Assembly (NCBI GenBank): GCA_040219255.1
Contig: JAVJSW010000039.1
Span: 125,120 to 189,119, forward strand
Direction of reading: 5' to 3'
Length of the DNA stretch: 64,000 nt
From: Sumerlaeia bacterium
GTDB lineage: Bacteria; Sumerlaeota; Sumerlaeia; SLMS01; JAHLLQ01
Made by a program: the position numbers and the translations under genes. Position 1 is the stretch's first letter; the number at the start of each line of letters is the position of its first letter. Positions 1 through 10,825 of this stretch are shown in pieces. Under the pieces are notes generated by a model. That model saw only the letters and a program-made list of their open reading frames with translations, was not told where the DNA came from and did no database searches.

Positions 1-128
1 GACTGCGCCGCCGTGGCCGCCGAGTCTTCCTGACCTGTCCTTCCCCGTTGCCCTTTCCCTCCTCTCGTGGCAGGCGTGGGTTTCCCCTGGAATCGCCACC
101 GGACCCCGAGAGGAGATCGCCACCCGCC

Positions 129-1940
129 ATGATCCCGACCGCTTTGAGAACTCTGCTGGCCTGCTGGTTGGCGCTCATCGGCTTCGCCGCGCTTTGTGGG
201 CCCGAAGGCGCTGGGGCCCAACCGCCGGACGGCGGCGAGGGCGAACAGCCGCGCCTGCGCGTCGAGGGTTTGGTTTCCGGACCGGAAGGCCCGGCCGCCG
301 GTGTGCGCGTGCTCCTCGAATTGTCCGACATGCGCATCCGGCGCCAGGTGGCGTTTCTGGAAACCGTGTCGGACGATACGGGGCGCTTCCGTTTCGATTT
401 GAGCGAGCACGACATGCCGGTGTTCGGGTTGCAGTTCAACACGGTCTCGCCGCGATTCCAGGAGAGCCTGGAGATTATCGAAGCGAGCCGGGCGGAAATG
501 CCCGTGCGGGTCGAGTTGGCGGTGCAGCCGGGCGCGGTGGCCCAGGGCATCGTAACGGACTCGGAAGGCACGCCGCTGGAAGGCGTGGAGATTACGTCCT
601 GGGCCGGAGTCCGCCCGCAAGTCAGCGATGAGAAGGGCGAGTGGGAGGTTTTCGGGCTGGCGATGGGACGCAACCAGTTGACGTTTCGCAAGGAAGGTTT
701 CGCGGACGAGTTTCTGAACGTGGCGCCGGAAGGCCCGGTGACGGTGAGCGGCCTGGAAGTGGTGATGCAGAGCGCGCGCTCGCTGAGGGGCCGGGTGGTC
801 GATCAGTCGGGTGAGGGCGTTCCCCGGGCCACGGCGCTGCTGCGCTTTCCCGGCCGGTTCCAGCAGACGGCCGGGGACGAATCCGGGCTGTTCGTCTTTA
901 AAGCGGTGCCGAAGGACGTGACCGGGGGCGAGTTGCACCTGGAGGCGAAGGGGTTTCTGCCGACGACGCATGAAATTTCGGAAGCGGACGTCTCCACGGA
1001 GGGAGAAGCGGAGAGTGAGGAAGCGAGGACTTACGCGATCGACAATGGTGTGTTCGTGCGGGGTCATGTGAGGCTACCGGATGGCAAGCCGGCCCCCGGC
1101 TCGATCGTGATCGCCGGGGAGCAGGGCGGTCCGCTGGCGCCGCGGTCGATGGTGCGGCAAGACGGCCAGTGGGAGCTGGGTCCGTTTCCGCCGGGCGAGG
1201 AGGTGGCGTTCACCGCGCTGCCGCCGAATCCCGTGGAGATCCGCACGGCGGCCGACGTTTACCTGGAGGACGCGCCCGGACGGGGGCGATATGTGGGGGG
1301 TGTGGATTATTGGCCGGCGGGTTTCGCCAGCGATTTCACCGCGACTCTCGCCAACGGCAAGGTGGAGATGCGCCGGCGCGACAAGGGCGAACGGGGCTTT
1401 GGCGCGGAAGTGGTGTACCGCGCGGACTGGGATGGCGCAGGGAACGAAATCAAGGGCGAGGTGGAGGTCGTGGGCATGCGCCAGAGCGGCACGTTTTCGA
1501 TGCGGCGGCGCTATGGCGGAGCCGGCGGGCCGCTGGCGGGGGAATGGGAAATCCGCGAGTTCATCGATCCCTCCAGGCTCAACGTGGCGCCGGTGCGCAA
1601 GAGCTTGGCCCTGCCGATCATTACGGGGACGACGGCGCTCGATCTGGCGCTCGTGCCGTCGCGGACGTTGAGCGGTCAGGTGGTTAAGGAAAACGAGCGG
1701 CCCTTTCTGGATGGCGAAGTGCTCATCCTGGACTGGAACGGGTCTCGGGTCTTCCAGCCGCGGGCGGAGATCGGAATCGCCGGGCGGTTTTCCTTCGACC
1801 GCGTGCCGGACGGGGTTTTTCGTCTGATCGCCCGCAGCGGCGACGGCCAGGACAGCGTGGGGCCGGTGCTGGCGCGCGGGGGCGCCGAGGGACTGGTGCT
1901 GTCTCCCGAGATGAGCCGCGAGGATCCGATGGATGACTGA
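129..1940 (+). CDS. Secreted protein with carboxypeptidase-regulatory-like (Cna-B-type) beta-sandwich repeats
   Basis: Signal peptide (MIPTALRTLLACWLALIG..AGA). Repeated 'G.V.D..G.P..G..V' and 'TD..G.F.F' modules. ATG129 chosen within ORF 48..1940. Overlaps the next gene by 8 nt. Confidence 0.75.
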   Translation: MIPTALRTLLACWLALIGFAALCGPEGAGAQPPDGGEGEQPRLRVEGLVSGPEGPAAGVRVLLELSDMRIRRQVAFLETVSDDTGRFRFDLSEHDMPVFGLQFNTVSPRFQESLEIIEASRAEMPVRVELAVQPGAVAQGIVTDSEGTPLEGVEITSWAGVRPQVSDEKGEWEVFGLAMGRNQLTFRKEGFADEFLNVAPEGPVTVSGLEVVMQSARSLRGRVVDQSGEGVPRATALLRFPGRFQQTAGDESGLFVFKAVPKDVTGGELHLEAKGFLPTTHEISEADVSTEGEAESEEARTYAIDNGVFVRGHVRLPDGKPAPGSIVIAGEQGGPLAPRSMVRQDGQWELGPFPPGEEVAFTALPPNPVEIRTAADVYLEDAPGRGRYVGGVDYWPAGFASDFTATLANGKVEMRRRDKGERGFGAEVVYRADWDGAGNEIKGEVEVVGMRQSGTFSMRRRYGGAGGPLAGEWEIREFIDPSRLNVAPVRKSLALPIITGTTALDLALVPSRTLSGQVVKENERPFLDGEVLILDWNGSRVFQPRAEIGIAGRFSFDRVPDGVFRLIARSGDGQDSVGPVLARGGAEGLVLSPEMSREDPMDD

Positions 1941-2730
1941 TCGGCATCCCCGGCTCTTCGGTGTGCCGTTGGCAGCGGTGACGACGGACGAGTTCATCGA
2001 CCGGATGGCGGCGTGGGCGGGGGAGGAAGTGGTGGGCGCCCCGCGAGTGGTGACTTATTTGAACGCCCACACGGCGAATCTGGCGGCGGAGGATCCGGAG
2101 TTCCGGGCGCTGCTGGAGCGCTCGGCGTTGACCTATGCGGATGGCATGGCGGTGGTGCGGGCGTGCCGCCGATTGGGCACTCCGCTGCCAGAGCGGGTGA
2201 ACGCGGGGGATTTTCTGGAACGTTTTCTCTGGCGCATGAAACGCGACGATGTGCCAGTTGGCCTCCTGGGTTGCGGGAGGCCGGTGGTGGAGGCTTGCGC
2301 CAGTCGGCTCGAGGCCGCGGTGCCGGGCCTGCGGTTCGCTTGTGTGGAAAGCGGGCATTTCGCTCTTGGCGGGGAAGAGGAACGGGTTCTGCTTCAACGG
2401 ATTCGAGACGGCCAGCCCGCCGTTTTGCTCACCGGTATGGGCAGCCCGCGGCAGGAGCGATGGGCTTTCGCGAGGGGCGCGGAGACGGGCGCCCGGGTTG
2501 TGTGGTGCGTGGGGGCGCTGTGCGAGTACTTCAGCGGACTGCGGCCGAGAGCTCCGGTGTGGATGCGGCAGGCCGGATTGGAATGGGCATTTCGGCTTGG
2601 TTGCGAGCCGCGGCGCATGGCGCGGCGTTATCTTTGGGGGAACGGGGCCTTTCTTTTGCGGTTGAATCAGGAGAGAAGGCGGCAAAGCGATTCGAATTCG
2701 CGCGAAAGAGATTGCCCACATCAGGGTTGA
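1933..2730 (+). CDS. WecB/TagA/CpsF family glycosyltransferase (GT26)
   Basis: Motifs TYLNAH, YADGMAVV, PERVNAGD, GMGSPRQE, GLEWAFRL..EPRRMARRY. Confidence 0.92.
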   Translation: MTDRHPRLFGVPLAAVTTDEFIDRMAAWAGEEVVGAPRVVTYLNAHTANLAAEDPEFRALLERSALTYADGMAVVRACRRLGTPLPERVNAGDFLERFLWRMKRDDVPVGLLGCGRPVVEACASRLEAAVPGLRFACVESGHFALGGEEERVLLQRIRDGQPAVLLTGMGSPRQERWAFARGAETGARVVWCVGALCEYFSGLRPRAPVWMRQAGLEWAFRLGCEPRRMARRYLWGNGAFLLRLNQERRRQSDSNSRERDCPHQG

Positions 2731-2800
2731 TCCGCGTATAACGGACATCAGCGATGAGCACCTTTTCCGAAATCGATCCGACCTTTCCCGAGGGAGCATA

Positions 2801-4219
2801 GTGATGAGCGAAACCGCTGCGACCGACCTTCCGCGCGTCCTCATCGTGGAGCCAGAAGAGGCCTTGCGAGCGGCTCTGGCCGAACTGCTGAACGACCGTT
2901 GCCGCATCGACGCGGTGGCCAACCCCACGGTGGCCCAGCGGGAGTACTCGCCCGACGCCTACCACGCCATTTTCATCGGCCTCAGCGAGGAGCGCGAGGG
3001 CGCCTTCGAACTGGCCCGCTACTGCGCCGCCCTGGCGCAGCCGCCCAGCATCATTGGAATCACCGGCCTGACGGGTGGCGCCTCTGTCGCTTACGCCTAC
3101 GAGGCGGGACTTCACGGTGTATTACAGACATCTTTCGACCGCGAGGAAGTCCTCGCGATGCTCGACTCGGCGCTGCTTCGCCACGACTCCCCCGCGGCGC
3201 CCTCGCCCGTCCGCTACCTCTTCGACATCGCCCGCCGCCTTCGCATCACCTCCTCGATGACGGGCCTGCGCCCGGCGCTCCATCATGACATCGCCGAGCT
3301 GCTCGATGCCAATTTGGCGACGCTGGTTTTGCCGCTGTGGGAGGAGCCGGTGCTGATGGCGCAAAAAGGCGCCACGATATCGCCGGGCTACACCACGCAT
3401 CTGGCGATGCACCTGCAGGGCCTGTGGAAGAGTTACGCGGGGCCGGAAACGGCCTGGGACTGGCACCGGGGCTTTGACGACATCGCCGCCGGGTCGGAGC
3501 AGACGACGGGTCGGCCGCCGACTCTTGTGAGCGCCCCCATCAATCTGTTCGGGGAAATCAGCGGGTTTCTGACGATTTCACCCGCCCCCGGCGTGGCGAT
3601 CGATCAAGACCGGCTGGATGTGCTGTTCGCCTTGGCGGAGGTGCTGTCGGCCCGGCTCGAGTGCATCGTGTACGCTTCGGAGGCCGAGTCTGTGGAGTTC
3701 CGCTACGATTCGCTGACCGGTGTGCTGAACCACGGCACGATCATGACCCGGCTCAAGGATCAATTGCACCGGGCGCGACGCACCGGAATGACGGTGTCGC
3801 TGATCGTGGTGGATCTGGACGACCTGACGGGTATCAACGACCGCTGTGGGCATCCGGCGGGCGACGCGGCGCTGAAGCACACGGGCCGTCTGATCATGGC
3901 GCAGGCGCGCAAGTCCGATCTGGTCGGCCGTCTCGCCGGCGAGGAGTTTCTCATTATCCTGCCAAACACGGCGGAGGAGGGCGCCGCGCGCTATGCCGAA
4001 CGCATCCGCCGCTCCGTCACCGCGAACCTGATCCGCAGTGGCGAGCACGAAATCAGCGTCACCGTCAGCATCGGCGTCATCACGGTACAGAAAGAGCACG
4101 CCGATTCGGACGCCGAGGTGCTGGTGAATCAGGCCCACGCGGCGGCCACAAAGGCTTTCGAAATGGGAGGCAACCAACTGATGGCGGCGGAGTTGCCCTC
4201 GAGCAGCCAGTCGGAGTGA
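2801..4219 (+). CDS. Diguanylate cyclase (degenerate REC + GAF-like + GGDEF)
   Basis: DSLTGVLN, VDLDDLTGINDRCGHPAGD, RKSD I-site, GRLAGEEF. N-terminal 'RVLIVE' receiver-like fold. Confidence 0.88.
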   Translation: MMSETAATDLPRVLIVEPEEALRAALAELLNDRCRIDAVANPTVAQREYSPDAYHAIFIGLSEEREGAFELARYCAALAQPPSIIGITGLTGGASVAYAYEAGLHGVLQTSFDREEVLAMLDSALLRHDSPAAPSPVRYLFDIARRLRITSSMTGLRPALHHDIAELLDANLATLVLPLWEEPVLMAQKGATISPGYTTHLAMHLQGLWKSYAGPETAWDWHRGFDDIAAGSEQTTGRPPTLVSAPINLFGEISGFLTISPAPGVAIDQDRLDVLFALAEVLSARLECIVYASEAESVEFRYDSLTGVLNHGTIMTRLKDQLHRARRTGMTVSLIVVDLDDLTGINDRCGHPAGDAALKHTGRLIMAQARKSDLVGRLAGEEFLIILPNTAEEGAARYAERIRRSVTANLIRSGEHEISVTVSIGVITVQKEHADSDAEVLVNQAHAAATKAFEMGGNQLMAAELPSSSQSE

Positions 4220-4269
4220 AGATTGCTATCTTTGCCCGGACTACCCTCTGAGGCGCGGCTCTATTCCCG

Positions 4270-4884
4270 ATGACCGGCACCGTCACCCTTCCCGATTCTC
4301 TGCGATACCCTCCCCCGCCGAAGACGCCCCGCCTGCTGACGGAGCGGCTGATCATCCGCCCGCCCGGTGCGGAGGATGCGCGATCGGTGCTGCATTACTA
4401 TACAGAGAATCGTGCGCACCTGGAACCTTTCGAGCCCTTGCGGCCACGCGGGTTCTACACGCTGTTGTTCTGGGATTCGCAGCTTGAGCGCTTCGCCAAC
4501 GATTTCCGGCAGGACCGTGCGGCGCGCCTGTTTTTCTTCGACCGGCGAGACGATTCGCGGATCGTTGGCTATGTGGGCTTTAACGGCATCACGCGCGGCG
4601 CGGCGCATTTCGCCTACCTGGGCTATAGCGTCGCCGCCGAGTGCCAGGGCCTGGGGCTGATGACCGAAGGCGTCGCCGAATCGGTGCGATACGGGTTCGC
4701 GGGCTTGAAACTGCATCGGCTGATGGCGAACTACATGCCGCGCAACGAGCGCAGCGGGCGGCTGCTGAAGCGCCTGGGCTTCGTGCCTGAGGGTTTCGCG
4801 CGCGATTACCTTCGGATCAACGGCGTGTGGGAGGACCACGTCCTGACGAGCCTGACGAATCCGAATTGGGAAGAGTCTCAGTAA
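4270..4884 (+). CDS. rimJ: RimJ/RimL-type GNAT N-acetyltransferase (ribosomal protein S5 alanine acetyltransferase-like)
   Basis: LLTERLIIR, LGYS...QGLGLMTE, HRLMANYMPRNERSGRLLKRLGF..EGFARDYLRING.WEDH. Confidence 0.85.
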   Translation: MTGTVTLPDSLRYPPPPKTPRLLTERLIIRPPGAEDARSVLHYYTENRAHLEPFEPLRPRGFYTLLFWDSQLERFANDFRQDRAARLFFFDRRDDSRIVGYVGFNGITRGAAHFAYLGYSVAAECQGLGLMTEGVAESVRYGFAGLKLHRLMANYMPRNERSGRLLKRLGFVPEGFARDYLRINGVWEDHVLTSLTNPNWEESQ

Positions 4885-5675
4885 ATCGGGACGGAATTCA
4901 GGTTGCCCTGGCGCTGCTGGAAGGCGGAGCGGGCCCTGCGGGAGAGTTCGATGTCCTCCTTGATTTTCTCTGCCAGGGAATGGCCCGGAGAAACGCCGTA
5001 GGTTTCGTTGCGGGTGGCGAAACGGGGGTCCTGCTCGGTGATGACTTCGATGATGAGGGTTACGGTGCCGTCGGCCTCTGGGCGGTATTCGAGAACGACG
5101 AAGCGGGTGCCATCGAACGCGGCGTAGATGCGGTGGTTGGGGTCAATGTCGCTCTCGGCGAAGCTCTGCATCGAGGAGGTGCGGGGCAGCAGGCGGCTGT
5201 TCATGCGTTCGATGAGGGCGGCGCCGGGGATCGAGTAGCCGGGGGAGGTGACATAGAGATGGGTGATATTGCCGACGACGTCTTCGCTCTTGATGAGGGT
5301 CAGGAGGGGTTGGCCGCGCTCCTCTGGGACGTCATCGAGGGTCAGCCATTGGGGGCGGGCGGAGTAGGCTTCGTCTTCGTCGAAGAAGGCGACGAGGGCG
5401 TTGCTGTGGGGCATTTCCTCGGGCCGCCGTGCGTACCGGGTGCCTACGTTCGCCATCACCTGGGTGAGATGGCGGAACATGGCGTTGATGCGGGGGTTGT
5501 CTTCCATCTGGAGAGCCATGTCGCGGCCGCGCATTTCCTTGTGGGGGACGGTTGCCCAGGCCAGGCCCACCGCCATCGTGGTCGCCAGGGCGAGAACCGC
5601 GACCCCGGCGACGAGGCGCAGGGTCCATCGCAGGATGGCGCGGGTGGCTTGCTTGGCCACGGAAGGAAGGGGCAT
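4878..5675 (-). CDS. Hypothetical membrane-anchored protein
   Basis: 265-aa ORF with an N-terminal hydrophobic helix, 3 nt downstream of the PPIase-like gene. No motif recognised. Confidence 0.6.
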   Translation of the reverse strand: MPLPSVAKQATRAILRWTLRLVAGVAVLALATTMAVGLAWATVPHKEMRGRDMALQMEDNPRINAMFRHLTQVMANVGTRYARRPEEMPHSNALVAFFDEDEAYSARPQWLTLDDVPEERGQPLLTLIKSEDVVGNITHLYVTSPGYSIPGAALIERMNSRLLPRTSSMQSFAESDIDPNHRIYAAFDGTRFVVLEYRPEADGTVTLIIEVITEQDPRFATRNETYGVSPGHSLAEKIKEDIELSRRARSAFQQRQGNLNSVPIY

Positions 5676-5678
5676 GGG

Positions 5679-6947
5679 CTAGCGGAGCGCCACGGGGGGC
5701 TGGGGCCGGTCGAGTTCGCTGCGGGCTGGGATTTTGGCTGGCGGGATACCGCCCAGATTGGTGATTTGGCGGTGGGTCTTGGCGTTCTGGATTTGTGTCA
5801 GAACGGTTTCCCGGGCGAGGCCCCGGGCGCTTTCGCGCAGTTGTGGCATGGCGCTTTCAAACGTCTCGCCACTGCCCGGCAGGATATCGAGGACCTTGAC
5901 GACGTGATAGGATTCGGTGAAGAGGCTGCCGTCTGAGAGGCGGACTTTGGCTTCCAGAACGTTGGAGACGGTGCCTTTGCGCATGCGGCCGATTTCATAG
6001 CGGACAATGGGCGGCAAGCCTTCCTGCTCGACGTTGAAGAATCCGAGGACGGTTCCGATCATGCCGTTGTCGACTTCGGAGTGCTGCTTGAAGACGTCCT
6101 CGGGGAGGCGGCCCTTTTCCAGGTCCTTGCGGACCAGATCGGCCACGCCGCGGGCGCGGCGGCGGTCGCGAGCGGATTCGTCGCCGAGCAAACCGACGGA
6201 GAAGTGGGCGACTTTGAAGAGGGGCGGTTGCTGATAAAGTCCTGGGGATTTTTCGTAGGCGGCGCGCAGGGCGCTCTGAGGCACGTACTGGTCCACGTAG
6301 CGATCGAGCATGCCTTCGATCAGCAAGGCTTCGTAGACATAGGTTTCGAGTTCCGCTTCCGTCATGCCGAATTCGTTGAGGATGGCGTGGACGTCGCCTG
6401 CTTGAAAGCCGAGTTCGCGCTGGATTTTGGCGAGGCGCTTGTCGATGGCTCCGGCGGCCACGACGATTCCCTGGCGGGCGGCTTCGTCGGCCAGGGTCTT
6501 GTGCTCAATCCATTCGAGGAGTGCGAGGCCCTCCTCCTTGCGGATCGAGTCACGCATGCGGTCGAGGCGGTTCTGCTCGACGAGCGCCTTGTCGAGCGTC
6601 AGGCCGTCGGGGGCGATCGCGGCGAGAACGCCGTCGGTATGGGCTTCTTCCTCGGCCAGTTGGGCTTTGATCTTGCCGATGCGGGCTTCGAGGAGCCGGT
6701 CAAGTTGGGCGCGGGTGAGGGAGTGGCCGTTCACGATGGCGACGAGAACGGTATGCGGGTCCGGGGTGGGGGTGGGTTCGGGGGTGGGACGCGCCGAGTC
6801 GATCTCGGCAGAGGAGGCGGTTCGCCCCCCTCGTGTCACTTTGACCGCCGATTCTTCGCGGATCAGAGCGGGTGGAGGAGCGTCCTGGGCCATCCCGGCC
6901 AGGGGCAGGAAGAGCAGTAAGCAGAGGAAAATCAGGAAACCGCGCAC
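5679..6947 (-). CDS. SurA/PrsA-like periplasmic chaperone with parvulin (PpiC)-type domain
   Basis: Signal peptide, 'VAIVNGHSLT', 'LADEAARQGIVV', 'KVAHF', 'G.LGFF', 'G.VS', 'SYHVVKV'. GTG6947 start estimated (ORF extends to 7046). Confidence 0.75.
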   Translation of the reverse strand: MRGFLIFLCLLLFLPLAGMAQDAPPPALIREESAVKVTRGGRTASSAEIDSARPTPEPTPTPDPHTVLVAIVNGHSLTRAQLDRLLEARIGKIKAQLAEEEAHTDGVLAAIAPDGLTLDKALVEQNRLDRMRDSIRKEEGLALLEWIEHKTLADEAARQGIVVAAGAIDKRLAKIQRELGFQAGDVHAILNEFGMTEAELETYVYEALLIEGMLDRYVDQYVPQSALRAAYEKSPGLYQQPPLFKVAHFSVGLLGDESARDRRRARGVADLVRKDLEKGRLPEDVFKQHSEVDNGMIGTVLGFFNVEQEGLPPIVRYEIGRMRKGTVSNVLEAKVRLSDGSLFTESYHVVKVLDILPGSGETFESAMPQLRESARGLARETVLTQIQNAKTHRQITNLGGIPPAKIPARSELDRPQPPVALR

Positions 6948-7119
6948 AGGAAACAAGACCCTTTTGGAAAAACGAGCAGTGGGCGGCGGGCTCGAGGCCT
7001 TCGGCCGTCGCCAGATCGGACCGCAGGTTCCCTGCCCAGTGCCCATCTGTCAATTCCAGCCCCGCAAAGACTGAAAAACGCGGCGTGGCGCGACTGCTGT
7101 GGGAAAGCCGGACAAGGCG

Positions 7120-8394
7120 TCATGCGGTCTCCCCCACCATTTCCTCCTCTGTCGGCGGCAGGGTCCGATCGATCACCGCGGCGCCGATGGCATCGCCCCA
7201 GACGTTGACGGTGGTGCGGAGGCGATCGAGGAACCAATCGACCGGCAGGATCAGGGCGAGTCCGGCAACGGGGGGGTTTTCGGGGAAAACGCTGGTCAGA
7301 ATGATGACGATGAACGCGATGCTGGCGGAGGGCACGCCGGCGGCGCCGATGCTGGTGACGGTGGCGAGGATGAAGATCGTGATGAGCTGGCCGAGCGTGA
7401 GATCGATGTTGAAGGCTTGGCAGATGAAAATCACGGCGACCGCTTCGTAGAGCGCGGTGCCATCCATGTTGACGGTAGCGCCGAGGGGCAGCACAAAGCC
7501 GGCGGCGCGGTCGCTGACACCGCCGCGGACGGTGGCGCTCTCGATGGTCACCGGTAGAGTGCCGGAGGAGGAGGCGGTGGAGAAGGCGGTGAGAAGAGCG
7601 GGGCTGAGGGCGAGTCCGTATTTGAAGGGGTTGCGCCGCGCGAGGAGCCAGCAGAGCAGCGGCAAGATAACGAGGGCATGAAAGCTGAGGCCGCCGATGA
7701 CGGCGGCGCAGAATCTGGCCAAACCGGCGAAGAGCGCCGCGATGCCGCCGTCGGTCATGGCCGCTTCGCCGAACTTGCCGGCCACGAGGCCGTAGATGCC
7801 GATGGGCGCGATCCAGAGAATGAGCAGGACGAACTTCATCATGGCTTCGTAAAGGCTGTCGAAGAAGGCGATGAGCGGTTTGCCCTTTTCGCCCATGGTG
7901 GTCAGGATGGCGCCCAGAATGAGCGAGAAGACGATGACCGGCAGCATGTCGGGCTGGCCCATGGCGCCGAAGATGTTCGGGTGGATGAAGGACAGGATGA
8001 TGTCGGTGGGGCCGAGGTCTCCCTTGGCGGTGATGGCTTCGTCGACAGCGAGGGCGGCCATGTCGGTGGTCTCGGCGATGCCTGAACCGGGAGCGATCAT
8101 GACGACGATGAGGACGCCGATGAAGACCGAAATCGAGGTCGTGAGGGCATAATAGCCGAGGGTGCGCAGGGTGGCTCCGCTGGCTTTGCGGATGTCGCCG
8201 AGCCTCGCCATGCCCATGACCACCGAGGCCAGCACCAGGGGCACGATGATCATCTTCAGCGCCGTCAGGAAGAAGGTCCCGAGCCAGGCCGTGGAGACGG
8301 CGAATTCGGGCGAAAGGGAAACGGTGATCCACGCGAGAATCAGCGCCGCGACAATCCCGATGAGGAGAATATTCGAAAACTTGGAGTCCGTCAT
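7120..8394 (-). CDS. Dicarboxylate/amino acid:cation (Na+/H+) symporter, DAACS family
   Basis: LKMIIVPLV, AFSTASSSGTLP, LPLGATVNMDGTALYE, SIGAAGVP, DRLRTTVNVWGD. Confidence 0.95.
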   Translation of the reverse strand: MTDSKFSNILLIGIVAALILAWITVSLSPEFAVSTAWLGTFFLTALKMIIVPLVLASVVMGMARLGDIRKASGATLRTLGYYALTTSISVFIGVLIVVMIAPGSGIAETTDMAALAVDEAITAKGDLGPTDIILSFIHPNIFGAMGQPDMLPVIVFSLILGAILTTMGEKGKPLIAFFDSLYEAMMKFVLLILWIAPIGIYGLVAGKFGEAAMTDGGIAALFAGLARFCAAVIGGLSFHALVILPLLCWLLARRNPFKYGLALSPALLTAFSTASSSGTLPVTIESATVRGGVSDRAAGFVLPLGATVNMDGTALYEAVAVIFICQAFNIDLTLGQLITIFILATVTSIGAAGVPSASIAFIVIILTSVFPENPPVAGLALILPVDWFLDRLRTTVNVWGDAIGAAVIDRTLPPTEEEMVGETA

Positions 8395-8531
8395 GATGAG
8401 TCCCGAGAGCCCCTTTGCGTGCCGCATGTTGGAAATGAGGCGCGCAGGTTAGCACGAACGGGGATGCGGCGGGTCAAGCGGTGAGGAACGGCCCTGCGCT
8501 TCAATAACGACGGAGCACTCAAAGAAAAGAG

Positions 8532-8686
8532 GTTACACAGACAAGTGGAGAGGATTGGATTTTCCCGCTGGGCCGGGATCGTTGGGCGGCATCGCAGATT
8601 TTTCTGGCTCGCTCGGAGAGAATTGTGGTCCGGTGGAATCTTCGATGGGCTGTTATCCGATTCATCCGCATTCATCTGCGGCTAAC
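8532..8686. repeat. Intergenic imperfect inverted-repeat (REP/MITE-like) element
   Basis: Left arm ttacacagacaagtggagaggattggat resembles the reverse complement of right arm atccgattcatccgcattcatctgcggctaa, which has a 9-10-nt periodicity. Confidence 0.4.
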
Positions 8687-8785
8687 TTGAAATCCACCCG
8701 CCACTCCCCCTCCGGCGGATGACACTTTTCTCCTAGCCCCGCTCCGCGCCGGTCCCGCAGAGGTGGATCATGGAGTGACTTGCTT

Positions 8786-9111
8786 ATGTCAGAGACGCAA
8801 CAAACCCCCGAGGCGCCCCGGCCCGAAACCGTCGAGTCGCCGTTGACCCGCCGCGATCAGGAATATTGGCGCGCGAATTTGAAACTGATTCTGGCGCTGC
8901 TCGCCGTGTGGGCTTTTGTGTCCTTTGTGTGCAGCATCCTGCTGATCGAGGTGCTGAACAAGATCAGCCTCGGTGGCGTACCCTTCGGGTTTTGGATGGC
9001 GCAGCAGGGCAGCATTTACGTCTTCGTCGTCCTGATTGGTGTGTACGTTCTGGGGATGCGGCGCCTCGAACGCAAGTACGGCGTCCCCAGCGCTCCGCAA
9101 GGGGGCCAGGG

Positions 9112-9115
<4 letters not shown>
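8786..9115 (+). CDS. DUF4212 small membrane partner of a solute:sodium symporter
   Basis: YWRANL..LAVW..VSF, GVPFGFWMAQQGSIYVFV. ATGA overlap with the symporter gene. Confidence 0.9.
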
Positions 9116-10818
<1,703 letters not shown>

Positions 10819-10825
10819 GAACCGC

